A DNA stretch of 64,000 nt from an uncultured delta proteobacterium (lineage in GTDB: Bacteria > Desulfobacterota > Binatia > Binatales > Binataceae), in NCBI GenBank assembly GCA_963842085.1, contig CAWJET010000001.1:1856001-1920000 (forward strand), given 5' to 3'. The translations under genes and the position numbers were made by a program. A model generated the notes under the pieces. That model ran no database searches. It was not told where the DNA came from and saw nothing but the letters and a program-made list of their open reading frames with translations. Of this stretch, positions 30,512-40,533 are shown piece by piece (position 1 is the stretch's first letter; each line of letters begins with the position of its first letter).

Positions 30512-31018
30512 ATGGGCACGCATTCTCGCGAAATTTTCCGAGCGCGCCGCTCAATCGTATTTGCGATTGCCGGTGCGATCGCTTTGTCGCTGACCGCGCC
30601 GGGGTTCGCGTTCGACATCGGGGCGCTGCTCAACAACAAGCCAAAAGAGCCGGACAAGTTCGCGATCATCCGCGTCGAACAGCTTGCTTCGCTGATGGCC
30701 GATCCGAATTCGCACGTCAACATCTATGACGCGAACGGATGGGGCCTGCGTTCGACGGCCGGCGTGATTCCCGGCGCGCATCTTCTCACCAGCGACGACA
30801 AGTACAACGTGGCGAAAGAGTTGCCCCCCAACAAAAGCGCGAAGCTGGTCTTCTACTGCGCCGACCTGCATTGAACCGCGTCGCATGAAGCCGCCCGGCG
30901 GGCGGCAGCAGCGGGTTATACCGATGTGAGCGTGATGAGCGACGGCATCCAGGGCTGGAAGCACGCCGGCAAGCCGGTCAATTATCCAAGTCTTGACGGC
31001 AACACGAAGACCGACTGA
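30512..31018 (+). CDS. Exported rhodanese-domain protein, probable selenoprotein (UGA at 30872-30874 read as Sec), 168 aa
   Basis: The fold continues in frame after TGA: VFYCADLH-U-TASHEAARRAAAAGYTDVSVMSDGIQGW..AGKPV; a hairpin follows the UGA. Confidence 0.8.
30890..30906 (+). promoter_or_regulatory. Candidate bacterial SECIS hairpin
   Basis: GCCGCCC-GGC-GGGCGGC, a perfect 7-bp stem with a G-leading loop 22 nt after the UGA. Confidence 0.6.
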
Positions 31019-31051
31019 TCTGAGCTACTCTCTCGCGCCCGCCATCGCGCG

Positions 31052-32863
31052 ATGACATATAGTGTCGGCGTGCAGCGCGACATTCCAATTCCAGAGCCGT
31101 CGACTGCGCCGCTGCGTGAACTGACGCGTCGCAGTATCGTGCTTGGCATCGCACTGGCGCTGATCCTCGGCGCGGCGAACGCCTACCTCGGCCTGTACGC
31201 GGGCCTGACCGTCTCCGCGAGCATCCCGGCTGCCGTCATCTCGATGGCGATTCTGCGGATTCTTGGCGGCTCGACGATTCTCGAAAACAACGTGGTGCAA
31301 ACGATCGCGTCGGCAGGCGAAGCGGTTGCAGCCGGCGCGATTTTCACGTTCCCGGCGCTGGTAATCCTTGGCGGCGTCAGGACGCTGCCGTACGTCGAAG
31401 TGACGGCGCTATGCGTCGTCGGCGCGACGATGGGCTCGTTGCTGGTGGTGTTCTTGCGCCGTGCGTACGTCGTCGAGGAGCGCCTGCCGTTTCCCGAAGG
31501 GGTCGCGTGCGCGGAGGTGCTTCGGGCCGGTGACGCGCAGGCGAATGTTCGTCCGTTGGTAGTAGGCGGTTTGATCTCGGCGGCTCTCAAAGCGCTTCAG
31601 GACGTCGCCGGAATTATTCCCGGCGCCGTCTCAGGCGCGCGATGGGTCGGAAGCGCCGCGATCGCCGGGTCGCTTGATATTTCGGCGGCGCTGCTCGGCG
31701 TCGGTTACATAATCGGAATCAGGATCGCGGCGCTGGTATTCGCAGGCGGCGCATTCGCCTGGCTGGTCGCGATTCCGGTACTAACGGCGTCACATCCCGC
31801 ATACGGAACGGGCGACGCCGGCACGACCGCGTCGCAACTGTGGAGCACCCAGGTGCGCTATCTCGGGGTCGGCGCGATGCTCACGGGCGGGGTCGTGACA
31901 CTATGGCGGCTGCGCACGCGCATCGCCTCCGCAATCGCCGAGAGCATCCGGATCGTGCGCTCGGCGCACGCCGTCGCCACGGCGCGCGAGGACACCGATC
32001 TTTCGGCGCGCGCGGTGCTGACTGCGGTGGCGCTTTGCGTGCCGATTATTTTCGCCATCTGTCTGGGCCTGAGCGGGCAAGTCGCGCTCAGCGCGTCGCT
32101 GGCAGTGTTACTCACACTGATCTGTTTTTTCGCGACGGCGATCGCCGGCTACCTGACCGGAATAGTCGGCGCGTCGAACAATCCGGTGTCGGGTGTCACC
32201 GTGATCGTATTACTCGCGGTGGCGCTGTTTCTGAAATTCGCCGGAGTGTCGCAGAGCGCCGGGCCGCACCTGGCGATTCTTGCCGGCGCGATCGTATGCA
32301 CGGCGGCCGCAATGGCGGGTGATTCCCTGCACGATCTCGCGACCGGCTTTCACGTTGGCGCGACGCCGCGCTCGCTCGAAATAGGAGTGCTGGTCGGCGC
32401 GATCGCTTCATCATTCGTGATGGCGCCGATTCTGAATTTGCTGATCGCCGGCTACGGAATCGCAGGCACTGCGACCGCGCGCGCGGGTGCACTGGCGGCG
32501 CCACAAGCGTTTCTGATGGCGAAAGTGACGCAGGGAGTTTTCCACGGCGGACTACCGCTCGGGACAATAGCGACCGGCGCGGCGCTCGCGGCGCTTCTCG
32601 GATTCAGCGATCGCTACCTGGAACGGATCGGATCGAAGTGGCGCACGCCGATCATGCCGGCCGCGATCGGTCTCTATCTCCCGTTGGGACTCAGCGTAAC
32701 CATCTTCATCGGCGCGCTGGCGCACTCCCTCTTGGGACCCGAGGATGAGGCAGAGAACGGACCCGGGATTCTGCTCGCGGCCGGTCTGGTGGCAGGCGAA
32801 GCGCTGATGGGAGTTGCGAGCGGCGCGATAGTCACGGCGGGAATCCGGCTGCCGCTTTTTTGA
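31052..32863 (+). CDS. OPT family oligopeptide transporter
   Basis: ELT.R, NAYLGL.AGLTVSASIPAA, ENN.VQT.ASAG, FPEG.A, NNPVSG, APQA. Confidence 0.95.
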   Translation: MTYSVGVQRDIPIPEPSTAPLRELTRRSIVLGIALALILGAANAYLGLYAGLTVSASIPAAVISMAILRILGGSTILENNVVQTIASAGEAVAAGAIFTFPALVILGGVRTLPYVEVTALCVVGATMGSLLVVFLRRAYVVEERLPFPEGVACAEVLRAGDAQANVRPLVVGGLISAALKALQDVAGIIPGAVSGARWVGSAAIAGSLDISAALLGVGYIIGIRIAALVFAGGAFAWLVAIPVLTASHPAYGTGDAGTTASQLWSTQVRYLGVGAMLTGGVVTLWRLRTRIASAIAESIRIVRSAHAVATAREDTDLSARAVLTAVALCVPIIFAICLGLSGQVALSASLAVLLTLICFFATAIAGYLTGIVGASNNPVSGVTVIVLLAVALFLKFAGVSQSAGPHLAILAGAIVCTAAAMAGDSLHDLATGFHVGATPRSLEIGVLVGAIASSFVMAPILNLLIAGYGIAGTATARAGALAAPQAFLMAKVTQGVFHGGLPLGTIATGAALAALLGFSDRYLERIGSKWRTPIMPAAIGLYLPLGLSVTIFIGALAHSLLGPEDEAENGPGILLAAGLVAGEALMGVASGAIVTAGIRLPLF

Positions 32864-32876
32864 CAGGATATTTTGC

Positions 32877-33498
32877 ATGCGACCGATCCTCATCTCTGTC
32901 CGGGACATCACCTGGATTTGCGGGGTTGCATTGATTTTGTTCGCCGCACCGGTGCGAGCGCAGGCGGGTCACTTCTATGACGGTTACCCAGACGAAGGTG
33001 ATTCGGTTCATACCGCCGATCCCGACCGGCGACGTGCGCGAAGGTTCGTGCTGGACTGAATCGATCTCCGTTACGCGGGTTGGTGCTTGGCGGTGCATGG
33101 TCGGTAATGCGATCAGCGATCCGTGTTTCACGATACCCGGCAATCGTACGCAGCTCGTATGCGACGCCAATCCCGCCCTCAAAACCGACGGCTTTGTTTT
33201 GATGCTCACCAAGCCGTTGCCCAGGTCATCGCTTCCCAATCGGAAGCCGGAACCCTGGCTCTTTCGTCTGGCTGACAATTCGATCTGCGAGGCGATGACC
33301 GGGACGCTGTCGCCCGTGAACGGCGAGCCTGCGCGATGGGCTTGCGCGGTACACATCCGCGATCAGGTCAGACCGTCGGGACTGGTGACGGCGCTAATGC
33401 CGGGAAAAATCTGGACGGCCGACAAATTCCCGGAAAGCGCGATCGGCAAGCAAGGCGTCGAGCCGCAAAGAGTGCCGGTGAAGACGGTCTGGGAGTGA
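32877..33498 (+). pseudogene. Secreted Cys-rich protein split by a +1 frameshift (or sequencing error)
   Basis: Signal peptide MRPILISV...PVRAQA is in one frame and the mature six-Cys domain (32977-33498) is in the +1 frame; removing one G from GGG at 32966-32968 fuses them. Confidence 0.6.
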
Positions 33499-33506
33499 GC
33501 GCGCCG

Positions 33507-34007
33507 CTACTTGCGCATCGTGCGCAATTGCCGATGGGTCAGCATCCAACGCAGCTCGCCGCCGCCGCGTTCGAAGCGCGCAGGCAGATCAATCGCAATA
33601 CATCCGCCCGTCTTCAACTTCAGATGAACGGCGTCGCTCGCGCCGGTCAGCAGAATCGATGCGACGGCGCTGAGTTGGGGCTCGTGGCCGACGATCATGA
33701 CCTCGCCATGCTTTGAAAATGCGCGCAGTGCCGCCACCGCGTCGGCGGGCGCCACGCCGGTCGCGAGCGCGGGCAGCACTTGCGGCGGCGGAGTATTCTC
33801 GTATGCGGCCGCGACGATCTCGGCGGTTTCCGCGGCGCGCACGAGCGGACTGGTCAATATCACGTCAAACTTCAGGCCCATCGCGCGTAGACCGGCGGCG
33901 GCCCCGCGCATCTTTTCCTTGGAACGTTCGGTCAGCTTGCGCGCCCCGTCGTCGCCGCTGGATGCGGCCTCTTCGGCGGTCGCGTGACGCAGAATATAGA
34001 GCATCAT
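33507..34007 (-). CDS. sixA: Phosphohistidine phosphatase SixA
   Basis: LRHA.A, TSPLVRA.ETA, VGHEP. Confidence 0.9.
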   Translation of the reverse strand: MMLYILRHATAEEAASSGDDGARKLTERSKEKMRGAAAGLRAMGLKFDVILTSPLVRAAETAEIVAAAYENTPPPQVLPALATGVAPADAVAALRAFSKHGEVMIVGHEPQLSAVASILLTGASDAVHLKLKTGGCIAIDLPARFERGGGELRWMLTHRQLRTMRK

Positions 34008-35095
34008 GCAGTTGCTTCCGCAGTGGAATGAGAGTTCATCGAATCGTGATTGGGCTGCGGCTCTCGTTCGATCTCGCCGCCCGCTATATCCGGTTGCTTC
34101 GGTGGAGCGGCTTCGCCGGCATCGGAATCCGGCGCGGCCGGGCTGACGGGCTTCAGCGCTGCCCTGCCGGCGCGGCGAATTTCGTCGAGCGTGTCGCGCA
34201 TCGCATCGGAGCGCTCGAACCGCCGCCACGCTCTCATGCATCGCCGGCGCAATTTGTTTTCGCTGCTGCGCAGCGACTGGATCAGCGCACCGGCTGCGAG
34301 CACGGTCCTGGGCGGCGCGGCCGCCGTCTCCGCATACGACAGCAGCCACGCAGATGCGACCGTGACGTCGTGATAGAGCCCCAGCAATTCCTGGAGTTCT
34401 TCGAGCCGCGCCAGGGTTTTTTTGTGGCGCTTGGCGCCCAGCGGCGCCATCATCTCGAGTTCGTAGCGCAGACGCTTGATCCGAACGCGCAGCTTGTGGA
34501 AAAGCAGCGCGGGAGCGTCGTCCGCAATCTTTTCGCCAAGGCGTGATGCACCGCGTGCAGCCGGCCTGATCAGTTGGGGCGCGACGATGCCGAGCGGGCG
34601 GTCGCTGCCGATTTTCTTGATCGCCGGCCGCGACAGCTTCGCGAGCAGGGTCCGATAGCGCTTCGACGCAAGCAGCTCGTACAGCTTCGCGTGCTCGGCT
34701 TTGCGCCGTTCGTCCAGCGCCGCAACCATCGGTGCGATCGCGTCTCTCAGGTCGGGATCGATTTTGGCCGCACGCGCGGCGATCAGCGCCGGGGTCACGT
34801 CACACTCGCGGACGGCGCCCGCCTGGGTGCTGATCCACCGGATGTCACGCCGGAAGATCCTGAGTTGCGCGGCGTAGATGACGTTCGAAAATAATTCGAT
34901 TGATGCGCGCAGGCGCCGCGTGGCGACGCGAAGTTGATGCAGCGACTCCGCATCGCCCGACTCCGCCGCGCTCTGATGCCGCAACAGCGATTCAGCGCCG
35001 AATGCAAGCGCTTTGCGCGCGGCATCGGCCACGGTTTCTCCGGGCGAAAGCGTCACCCTGCGCGGCGGCGCATCGGAGCGCGGGGCATCCATCAC
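34004..35095 (-). CDS. CHAD domain (polyphosphate-binding) protein
   Basis: LHQLRVATRRLR, VRECDV, FHKLRVRIKRLRYELE, LQELLG.YHD. Confidence 0.92.
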   Translation of the reverse strand: MMDAPRSDAPPRRVTLSPGETVADAARKALAFGAESLLRHQSAAESGDAESLHQLRVATRRLRASIELFSNVIYAAQLRIFRRDIRWISTQAGAVRECDVTPALIAARAAKIDPDLRDAIAPMVAALDERRKAEHAKLYELLASKRYRTLLAKLSRPAIKKIGSDRPLGIVAPQLIRPAARGASRLGEKIADDAPALLFHKLRVRIKRLRYELEMMAPLGAKRHKKTLARLEELQELLGLYHDVTVASAWLLSYAETAAAPPRTVLAAGALIQSLRSSENKLRRRCMRAWRRFERSDAMRDTLDEIRRAGRAALKPVSPAAPDSDAGEAAPPKQPDIAGGEIEREPQPNHDSMNSHSTAEATA

Positions 35096-35100
35096 TTGTG

Positions 35101-35859
35101 CTATTCCTTGCGCGTCGATGCGCCGTGATCGGTCGAATCGGGACGCGGCTTGCCGTTGGCCCGCGACAAATATTCGGCGATGTGTTTTCTAAGCTCGCCC
35201 TGGAGCTCCACGACCGGAAGGCGCGCATCGACGGAGATGAAGCCGAACTCGCCGGACAAGCGCCGGTATTCGTCTATCAGGCGGCTCTGGTAGCGCTCGA
35301 ATGAATCGAACAGGTCGGTGCCGAGCGCCAGATGCATCCCGGATTCCCAGTAGTCCATCCCCTTGCCCATGATGACGCGGGGAATCAGAGATTCGACGTC
35401 GATGTCGAGGTAGAGCACGAGGTCGGGCACCAGCGCCATCCCAAACACCTCGCGCGTCCATCGCGGGTCGGCGCCCATCACCGAGTTGCGCGCGAACGCG
35501 GTGTACATGTAGCGATCGGCGATCACGATAAAGCCCGCCTGCAACGCCGGCAGGATTTCGTGCTCGAGCCGATCAGCAAAATCCGCGGCGTAGAGCAGCG
35601 AGAAGGTGGTGACCGTTAGCTGATGCCCCGCCTTGGCCTCGTTGATGGTCTCGGAGAGCAGTGGCGAGCGCGTCCATCCGGTGTTGCTGACGGCGTAGCC
35701 TTCGAGTTCGAGCCACGGGCGGAGCAGCTCGATCTGCGCGGAGCGGCCGACGCCGTCGGTTCCTTCGATCGCGATCAAGTGGCCAGGCAGCCGTTTTTTC
35801 GTGAGGTACGGCAGGCCGTGCCCGTACCAGGTCTTAGCGCGGCTGGGATGTGACGCCAT
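35101..35859 (-). CDS. Thymidylate kinase-like protein with atypical P-loop
   Basis: IEGTDGVGRSAQ, YAADFADR, ADRYMYTAFAR, PDLVLYLD. Confidence 0.88.
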   Translation of the reverse strand: MASHPSRAKTWYGHGLPYLTKKRLPGHLIAIEGTDGVGRSAQIELLRPWLELEGYAVSNTGWTRSPLLSETINEAKAGHQLTVTTFSLLYAADFADRLEHEILPALQAGFIVIADRYMYTAFARNSVMGADPRWTREVFGMALVPDLVLYLDIDVESLIPRVIMGKGMDYWESGMHLALGTDLFDSFERYQSRLIDEYRRLSGEFGFISVDARLPVVELQGELRKHIAEYLSRANGKPRPDSTDHGASTRKE

Positions 35860-36700
35860 TTTTTCCGTTTGCTCGATTAAGATCGTAGTCGCGAAGAATT
35901 TCCTGGACCATCGTGCGTACGACTCGCTGTTGATTGGGGATTTCGGCGGTCGCGTCGATCGGACGCATCCCGAACTCAAGCGTCAGTTGATCGTAAATTT
36001 CGAGCACGCGGCTCTGAAACATGCGGAAGCTTTCGACCGGATCGGCCGAGAGACCGACGTCCATCCCGGCTTCGTGGTACTTGAGCTTGGCGCGTCCCGA
36101 CAGCAGGCGCTCGAGCGAGATGTCGATCGGCACGCGAAAGTAGAGCGTCAAGTCGGGCCGCAGCGCGGGGCTGTAAACCGAGCGGACCCATTCGGGATGC
36201 ACGCCGCGGGCGACGTCGCGCGCAAATGCCGTGTAGACGTAGCGATCGGCGAGCACGATCATGCCGGCCTTCAGCGGCGGCAGAATCTGGTAAGTCAGGC
36301 GATCGGCGAAATCGACGGCGTGCAACAGCGAGAAGGTGGTCGGCGTCAGCAGATTTTTTTTCTTGCCGCGTTGCATCGAACGGCGTACCAGCCGCGACGA
36401 ATTCCACTCCGTGAAATGCACCGGGTAGCCGCGCGACCGTAGCCATCGCTCGAGCAGCAGCAGTTGCGTCGATTTGCCCGACCCGTCGATTCCCTCGACG
36501 CAGATCAGCCGGCCGCGATAGGGATGCGGCGTTTCGAGCAGGGTCTTCGGCGCACTCGTGACGGCGGACTTGGCGCTGGTCGCGGACGGAGTAACGTGAC
36601 CGTTGGGCGAAGGAACGGCGGCAGGCAGCCTTACCGCTGCAACACCACCTGGCGATCCAGCAGTCTCGATAACAGGTCGGTCCTTCTCTCGCATGTCCAT
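35834..36700 (-). CDS. Thymidylate kinase-like protein
   Basis: VEGIDGSGKSTQ, DFADR, ADRYVYTAFARD, PDLTLYF. Confidence 0.9.
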   Translation of the reverse strand: MDMREKDRPVIETAGSPGGVAAVRLPAAVPSPNGHVTPSATSAKSAVTSAPKTLLETPHPYRGRLICVEGIDGSGKSTQLLLLERWLRSRGYPVHFTEWNSSRLVRRSMQRGKKKNLLTPTTFSLLHAVDFADRLTYQILPPLKAGMIVLADRYVYTAFARDVARGVHPEWVRSVYSPALRPDLTLYFRVPIDISLERLLSGRAKLKYHEAGMDVGLSADPVESFRMFQSRVLEIYDQLTLEFGMRPIDATAEIPNQQRVVRTMVQEILRDYDLNRANGKNGVTSQPR

Positions 36701-38145
36701 AGCTCGAGGTCGGCCTCCTCGCGCTTCGAATCGACTCCGACGATTACACGGCCCGGTGAATACCTGACCTCGATATTCTTAACCACACCGAAGTGGGTTC
36801 GATCCAGCGCGTCGGCAACACGCAGAATCGCGGCGAGGCCCCTTATCACACGGCGCTTGGCGGGGCTGAGCGATTTCAAATCCGGCGAATCGAGCTTGGG
36901 GGCCTGCTTGCGATGCCCGCGAGCCGCCTGGGCGATGACCTCGATTTCGTCAGTGTCGAAGCCGAACAGCTCCGCATTCTTAATCAGGTAGTAAGAATGA
37001 CGATTGTGCCGGTCATGATCAATCGCGTGGCCAATATCGTGCAGTAAGGCCCCGAATTCAAGGAGTTCTCGCGAGGACTTGGGCAGGCCCAGAACCGGCG
37101 CCGTCGCGTCGAACAGCTTGAGCGCCAGCCGCGCGACCTGCTTGCCGTGCTCGTTGCTGCCGGCGAATCGCGCCGCCAGGGCGCCGACCGAGCGGCGGCG
37201 CGCGTCGGCCGCCGAGCGCGAGTCGAGCTTGCGCGCGAGACCCAGCAGCACGCCTTCGCGCAGCGCCCAGGTGCATGCGGCCAGTTCCGGCGCGCCGGAT
37301 TTCTTCAGAATAAAATTCACCAGCGTGGCCGCGGCCGGCATCAGGTCGACGCGCTTCGCGTCCATCCCGGGAAGATCGACGCGCAGCGCCGCGTTGGCCT
37401 CGACCAGGTCGCGCTTCAACTCGGCAATCTCACCGGCCGAGGCGCTCGCGCCATGCAGGCGGCCCAGTTCCTCGCCGCGCGCGGCTCGCGCCATCGCGAC
37501 CATCGTGTTGATCGTGCCCGAGGTCCCGATCGCGCGGACCACCCCCGCGCGCCGCGCCTTGCGCATCAGCGGCCCAATCGCGCGCTCGAGATGCGCCTCG
37601 AGCTTGCTCAACTGCGTGCGCGTCGGCGGGTCGTCGAGCAGAAATCTCTCTGCCAGCCGCGCCGCGCCGAGCTTCACGCTGCGCATCCACAGCGGCTTGC
37701 CGTCGCGCACCAGCACGAGTTCCACGCTGCCGCCGCCCACGTCGACGAGCAAATGAGGTCCGCCGTCGAGACCCAGCGCGTGACGCGCAGCCTGAAAGAT
37801 CAGCCGCGCCTCGTCGAGTCCCGAGATCACCTCAACCGTCAGGCCGGTCTCGCGCTTGATGCGCCGAATGAACTCCGTACGGTTGCGCGCTTCGCGCACC
37901 GCGCTGGTCGCCACCGCGCGCAGCCGATCCACTCGGCGCACCCGCAGCAGTTTCTTGAAATTCACCAGCGCGCGCACCGCGAGGTCCATCGATTCCGGCG
38001 TGAGCCGTCCCGTCGTGAACGATCGCCGGCCCAGCCGCACCATTTCCTTGACGCGATCGACGACTTCGAGATGACCGTCGCGGCTCACGTCCGCCACGAT
38101 CATGTGGACGGAGTTGGATCCGACATCGATGGCTCCCAGCCGCAT
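36631..38145 (-). CDS. ppx: Exopolyphosphatase Ppx/GppA with HD domain
   Basis: IDVGSNS, ATSAVREA, DVGGGSVE, LREG, LLHDIG, ADALD. Confidence 0.93.
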   Translation of the reverse strand: MRLGAIDVGSNSVHMIVADVSRDGHLEVVDRVKEMVRLGRRSFTTGRLTPESMDLAVRALVNFKKLLRVRRVDRLRAVATSAVREARNRTEFIRRIKRETGLTVEVISGLDEARLIFQAARHALGLDGGPHLLVDVGGGSVELVLVRDGKPLWMRSVKLGAARLAERFLLDDPPTRTQLSKLEAHLERAIGPLMRKARRAGVVRAIGTSGTINTMVAMARAARGEELGRLHGASASAGEIAELKRDLVEANAALRVDLPGMDAKRVDLMPAAATLVNFILKKSGAPELAACTWALREGVLLGLARKLDSRSAADARRRSVGALAARFAGSNEHGKQVARLALKLFDATAPVLGLPKSSRELLEFGALLHDIGHAIDHDRHNRHSYYLIKNAELFGFDTDEIEVIAQAARGHRKQAPKLDSPDLKSLSPAKRRVIRGLAAILRVADALDRTHFGVVKNIEVRYSPGRVIVGVDSKREEADLELWTCERRTDLLSRLLDRQVVLQR

Positions 38146-38354
38146 GAATAGAAGGTAACGCCCCGGGCGCTCGATGTCATCCATATTGCCCCGCATCCGC
38201 ACCGGCGGACCGAAAATCCGCGCACTCAACCTGCGACGATTAGAAGCGACGCGCGTTACCGTGCGATGAACGCCGGATGTCGAATTTGTTTTCGCGGTAT
38301 CATCGCAAATCCATCGAGTCTAATCTGAACTGAACCCTGCACGGACCTATTTCC

Positions 38355-39956
38355 TTGGCAGTCGCAGCCTCATCCCCGATTGGCACCGAGTATCCCGACT
38401 ACGGGACCTCCAGCCACAAATGGCTCATCGCCCTGGCCGTGATGCTCGGCACGACGCTTGAGGTCCTGGACACGTCGATCGTCAACGTCGCGCTGCCGCA
38501 TATGCAGGGCAGCTTTTCCGCGAGCGTCGACGAAATCGCCTGGGTGCTCACCAGTTACCTGGTCGCCAACGGCATCATGATTCCAATGACGGGATGGATC
38601 TCGTCGCGCTTCGGCCGCAAGCGCTACTTCATGACCTCAGTCGCCGTGTTCGTCGCCGCCTCGGGCCTGTGCGGCGCCGCGCGATCGCTCGATCAGATGG
38701 TCGTCTTTCGATTGATTCAGGGCGCGGCGGGCGCTGCGATGGTCCCGTCGTCGCAGGCGATCCTGATGGAGACCTTCCCGCCCAACGAACAGCAGCTCGC
38801 GATGGCGACGTGGGGGATGGGCCTGATGGTCGCGCCGATCATGGGTCCGACGCTCGGCGGATGGATCACCGACAATTGGAACTGGCGCTGGAATTTTTAC
38901 ATCAACCTGCCGATCGGCGCCGCTGCCTTCCTGATGGTCTGGACCTTCGTTCACGACCCCGCGTACCTGCGCACCCGCGCCAAGGGCGGCAAGACCGACT
39001 ACACCGGCATCATCCTGCTCGTCATCGGGCTCGGCCTGGCGCAGCTCGTCCTCGATCGCGGCCAGCGCGCCGACTGGTTCAGTTCGCCGTGGGTCGTTTA
39101 CTGCACGATAATTTCCACGCTCTGCATCGTCGGCCTCGCGATCAACGAACTGCGCACGCCGGAACCGATCCTCGATCTGTCAATCCTCGGGATTCCTGTA
39201 TTCACGATGTCGGTGATGCTGATGGTGGCGATGAGTTTCGCCCTGTTCGGCACCGGACTGCTGAATCCTATTTTCCTGCAGGAGTTGATGGGTTACAGCG
39301 CGTGGAAGGCCGGCCTGGTGCTCGCGCCGCGAGGACTCGGCACCATGGGGGCGATGCTGATCGTCGGACAGCTCGGGCGCTACCGCTACGACACGCGTCC
39401 GCTGATCGGCGTCGGGTTCGTCATCATGGCATTCGGGCTGTGGACGATGGCCGGATGGAATACTCAGGTCAGCATGTGGGCGGTGACGTGGCCGAGCCTC
39501 GTTATGGGCGTCGGGATGGGCATGATCTTCCCCACGCTGTCCGCCACCACGCTGGCATGCGTCAGCCGCGAGCGCGTCGGCTACGCCGCAAGCCTCTACA
39601 ATATGATGCGCAACACCGGCGCCGCGATCGGCATCTCGTACATGACGACCGTGCTCGTGAATCACGAGCAGACGCATCAGTCGTACCTGGTCGAGCATTT
39701 CACCGCCTTCGACGCATGGAAGATGAGCGGCGCTGCGCGGCTCACTCCCGGCGCGCGCAGCTTCGACTACCTGCCGCAAATACTCAGCGGCCAGAAGCAG
39801 GGACTCGGGATGGTGTATGGGATGATTCAGCGTCAGTCGATGATGCTGTCGTTCAACGACATCTACCGCACACTGGCTATTGTAATGATGATTCTGATTC
39901 CGACCTTTCTGCTCCTGCGCCGCGCGCAACCCACCACCGGCGTGGCCGCCCACTAA
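38355..39956 (+). CDS. DHA2 (EmrB/QacA) MFS efflux transporter
   Basis: LDTSIVNVALP, WVLTSYL, FGRKR, GPTLGGWITD, WNFYINLPIG. Confidence 0.95.
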   Translation: MAVAASSPIGTEYPDYGTSSHKWLIALAVMLGTTLEVLDTSIVNVALPHMQGSFSASVDEIAWVLTSYLVANGIMIPMTGWISSRFGRKRYFMTSVAVFVAASGLCGAARSLDQMVVFRLIQGAAGAAMVPSSQAILMETFPPNEQQLAMATWGMGLMVAPIMGPTLGGWITDNWNWRWNFYINLPIGAAAFLMVWTFVHDPAYLRTRAKGGKTDYTGIILLVIGLGLAQLVLDRGQRADWFSSPWVVYCTIISTLCIVGLAINELRTPEPILDLSILGIPVFTMSVMLMVAMSFALFGTGLLNPIFLQELMGYSAWKAGLVLAPRGLGTMGAMLIVGQLGRYRYDTRPLIGVGFVIMAFGLWTMAGWNTQVSMWAVTWPSLVMGVGMGMIFPTLSATTLACVSRERVGYAASLYNMMRNTGAAIGISYMTTVLVNHEQTHQSYLVEHFTAFDAWKMSGAARLTPGARSFDYLPQILSGQKQGLGMVYGMIQRQSMMLSFNDIYRTLAIVMMILIPTFLLLRRAQPTTGVAAH

Positions 39957-39965
39957 CCTGTCTCG

Positions 39966-40496
39966 CTAATCTTTCATTTGCGCGAGTGCTCGCTCGAAGG
40001 CCTCGAGCGAGCGGCGATCGAACAGCACGAATTCCACCCGCTCCAGCGTCGTCGCACCGCCGAGATGCGCTCGCACTTCCCCGAGCATCACCTCGGCGCA
40101 TCGCTCGATCGGAAAACCCGCGATGCCGGTGCCGATCGCCGGAAATGCGATCGTCTTGAGCGAGTTCTCGTCGGCACGCCTCAGCGAGTTACGCGTCGCC
40201 GCACGTAGATTTGTCTCCGACGTCGATTCTCCCAGCCGCATGCTCGCTGCGTGAATTACATGCCGCGCGCGCAGCCGTCCCGCCCCCGTAATCGCCGCCT
40301 CGCCGAGCGCGATCGGCCCAATGCGGTCGCACTCGCGCTGAATCGCCGGTCCGCCCTTGACGCGAATCGCGCCCGCGACACCGCCGCCCAGCATCAGATC
40401 GTTGTTCGCAGCATTCACGATCGCGTCCACCTCCGCGTCCGTGAGGTCGCCCTGGCGGAGTTCGATCTTCGCGCGCCAATCTCTACTCATCGCCAT
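39966..40496 (-). CDS. Macro domain (ADP-ribose-binding) protein
   Basis: GDLT, DAIVNAAN, GGGVAGAI, VIHA, FPAIGTGIAG. Confidence 0.93.
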   Translation of the reverse strand: MAMSRDWRAKIELRQGDLTDAEVDAIVNAANNDLMLGGGVAGAIRVKGGPAIQRECDRIGPIALGEAAITGAGRLRARHVIHAASMRLGESTSETNLRAATRNSLRRADENSLKTIAFPAIGTGIAGFPIERCAEVMLGEVRAHLGGATTLERVEFVLFDRRSLEAFERALAQMKD

Positions 40497-40533
40497 GTTA
40501 TTATCGCGCCAATCGGTGATAATCCGAAGCGGC

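Noticed and set aside
35101-36700. Calling either paralog the housekeeping tmk
   Set aside because: The context and motifs differ from typical dTMP kinases, so the symbol was withheld
38594-40159. 521-aa same-strand alternative-frame ORF over the DHA2 gene
   Set aside because: Arg/Ala-rich frameshifted shadow typical of GC3 bias
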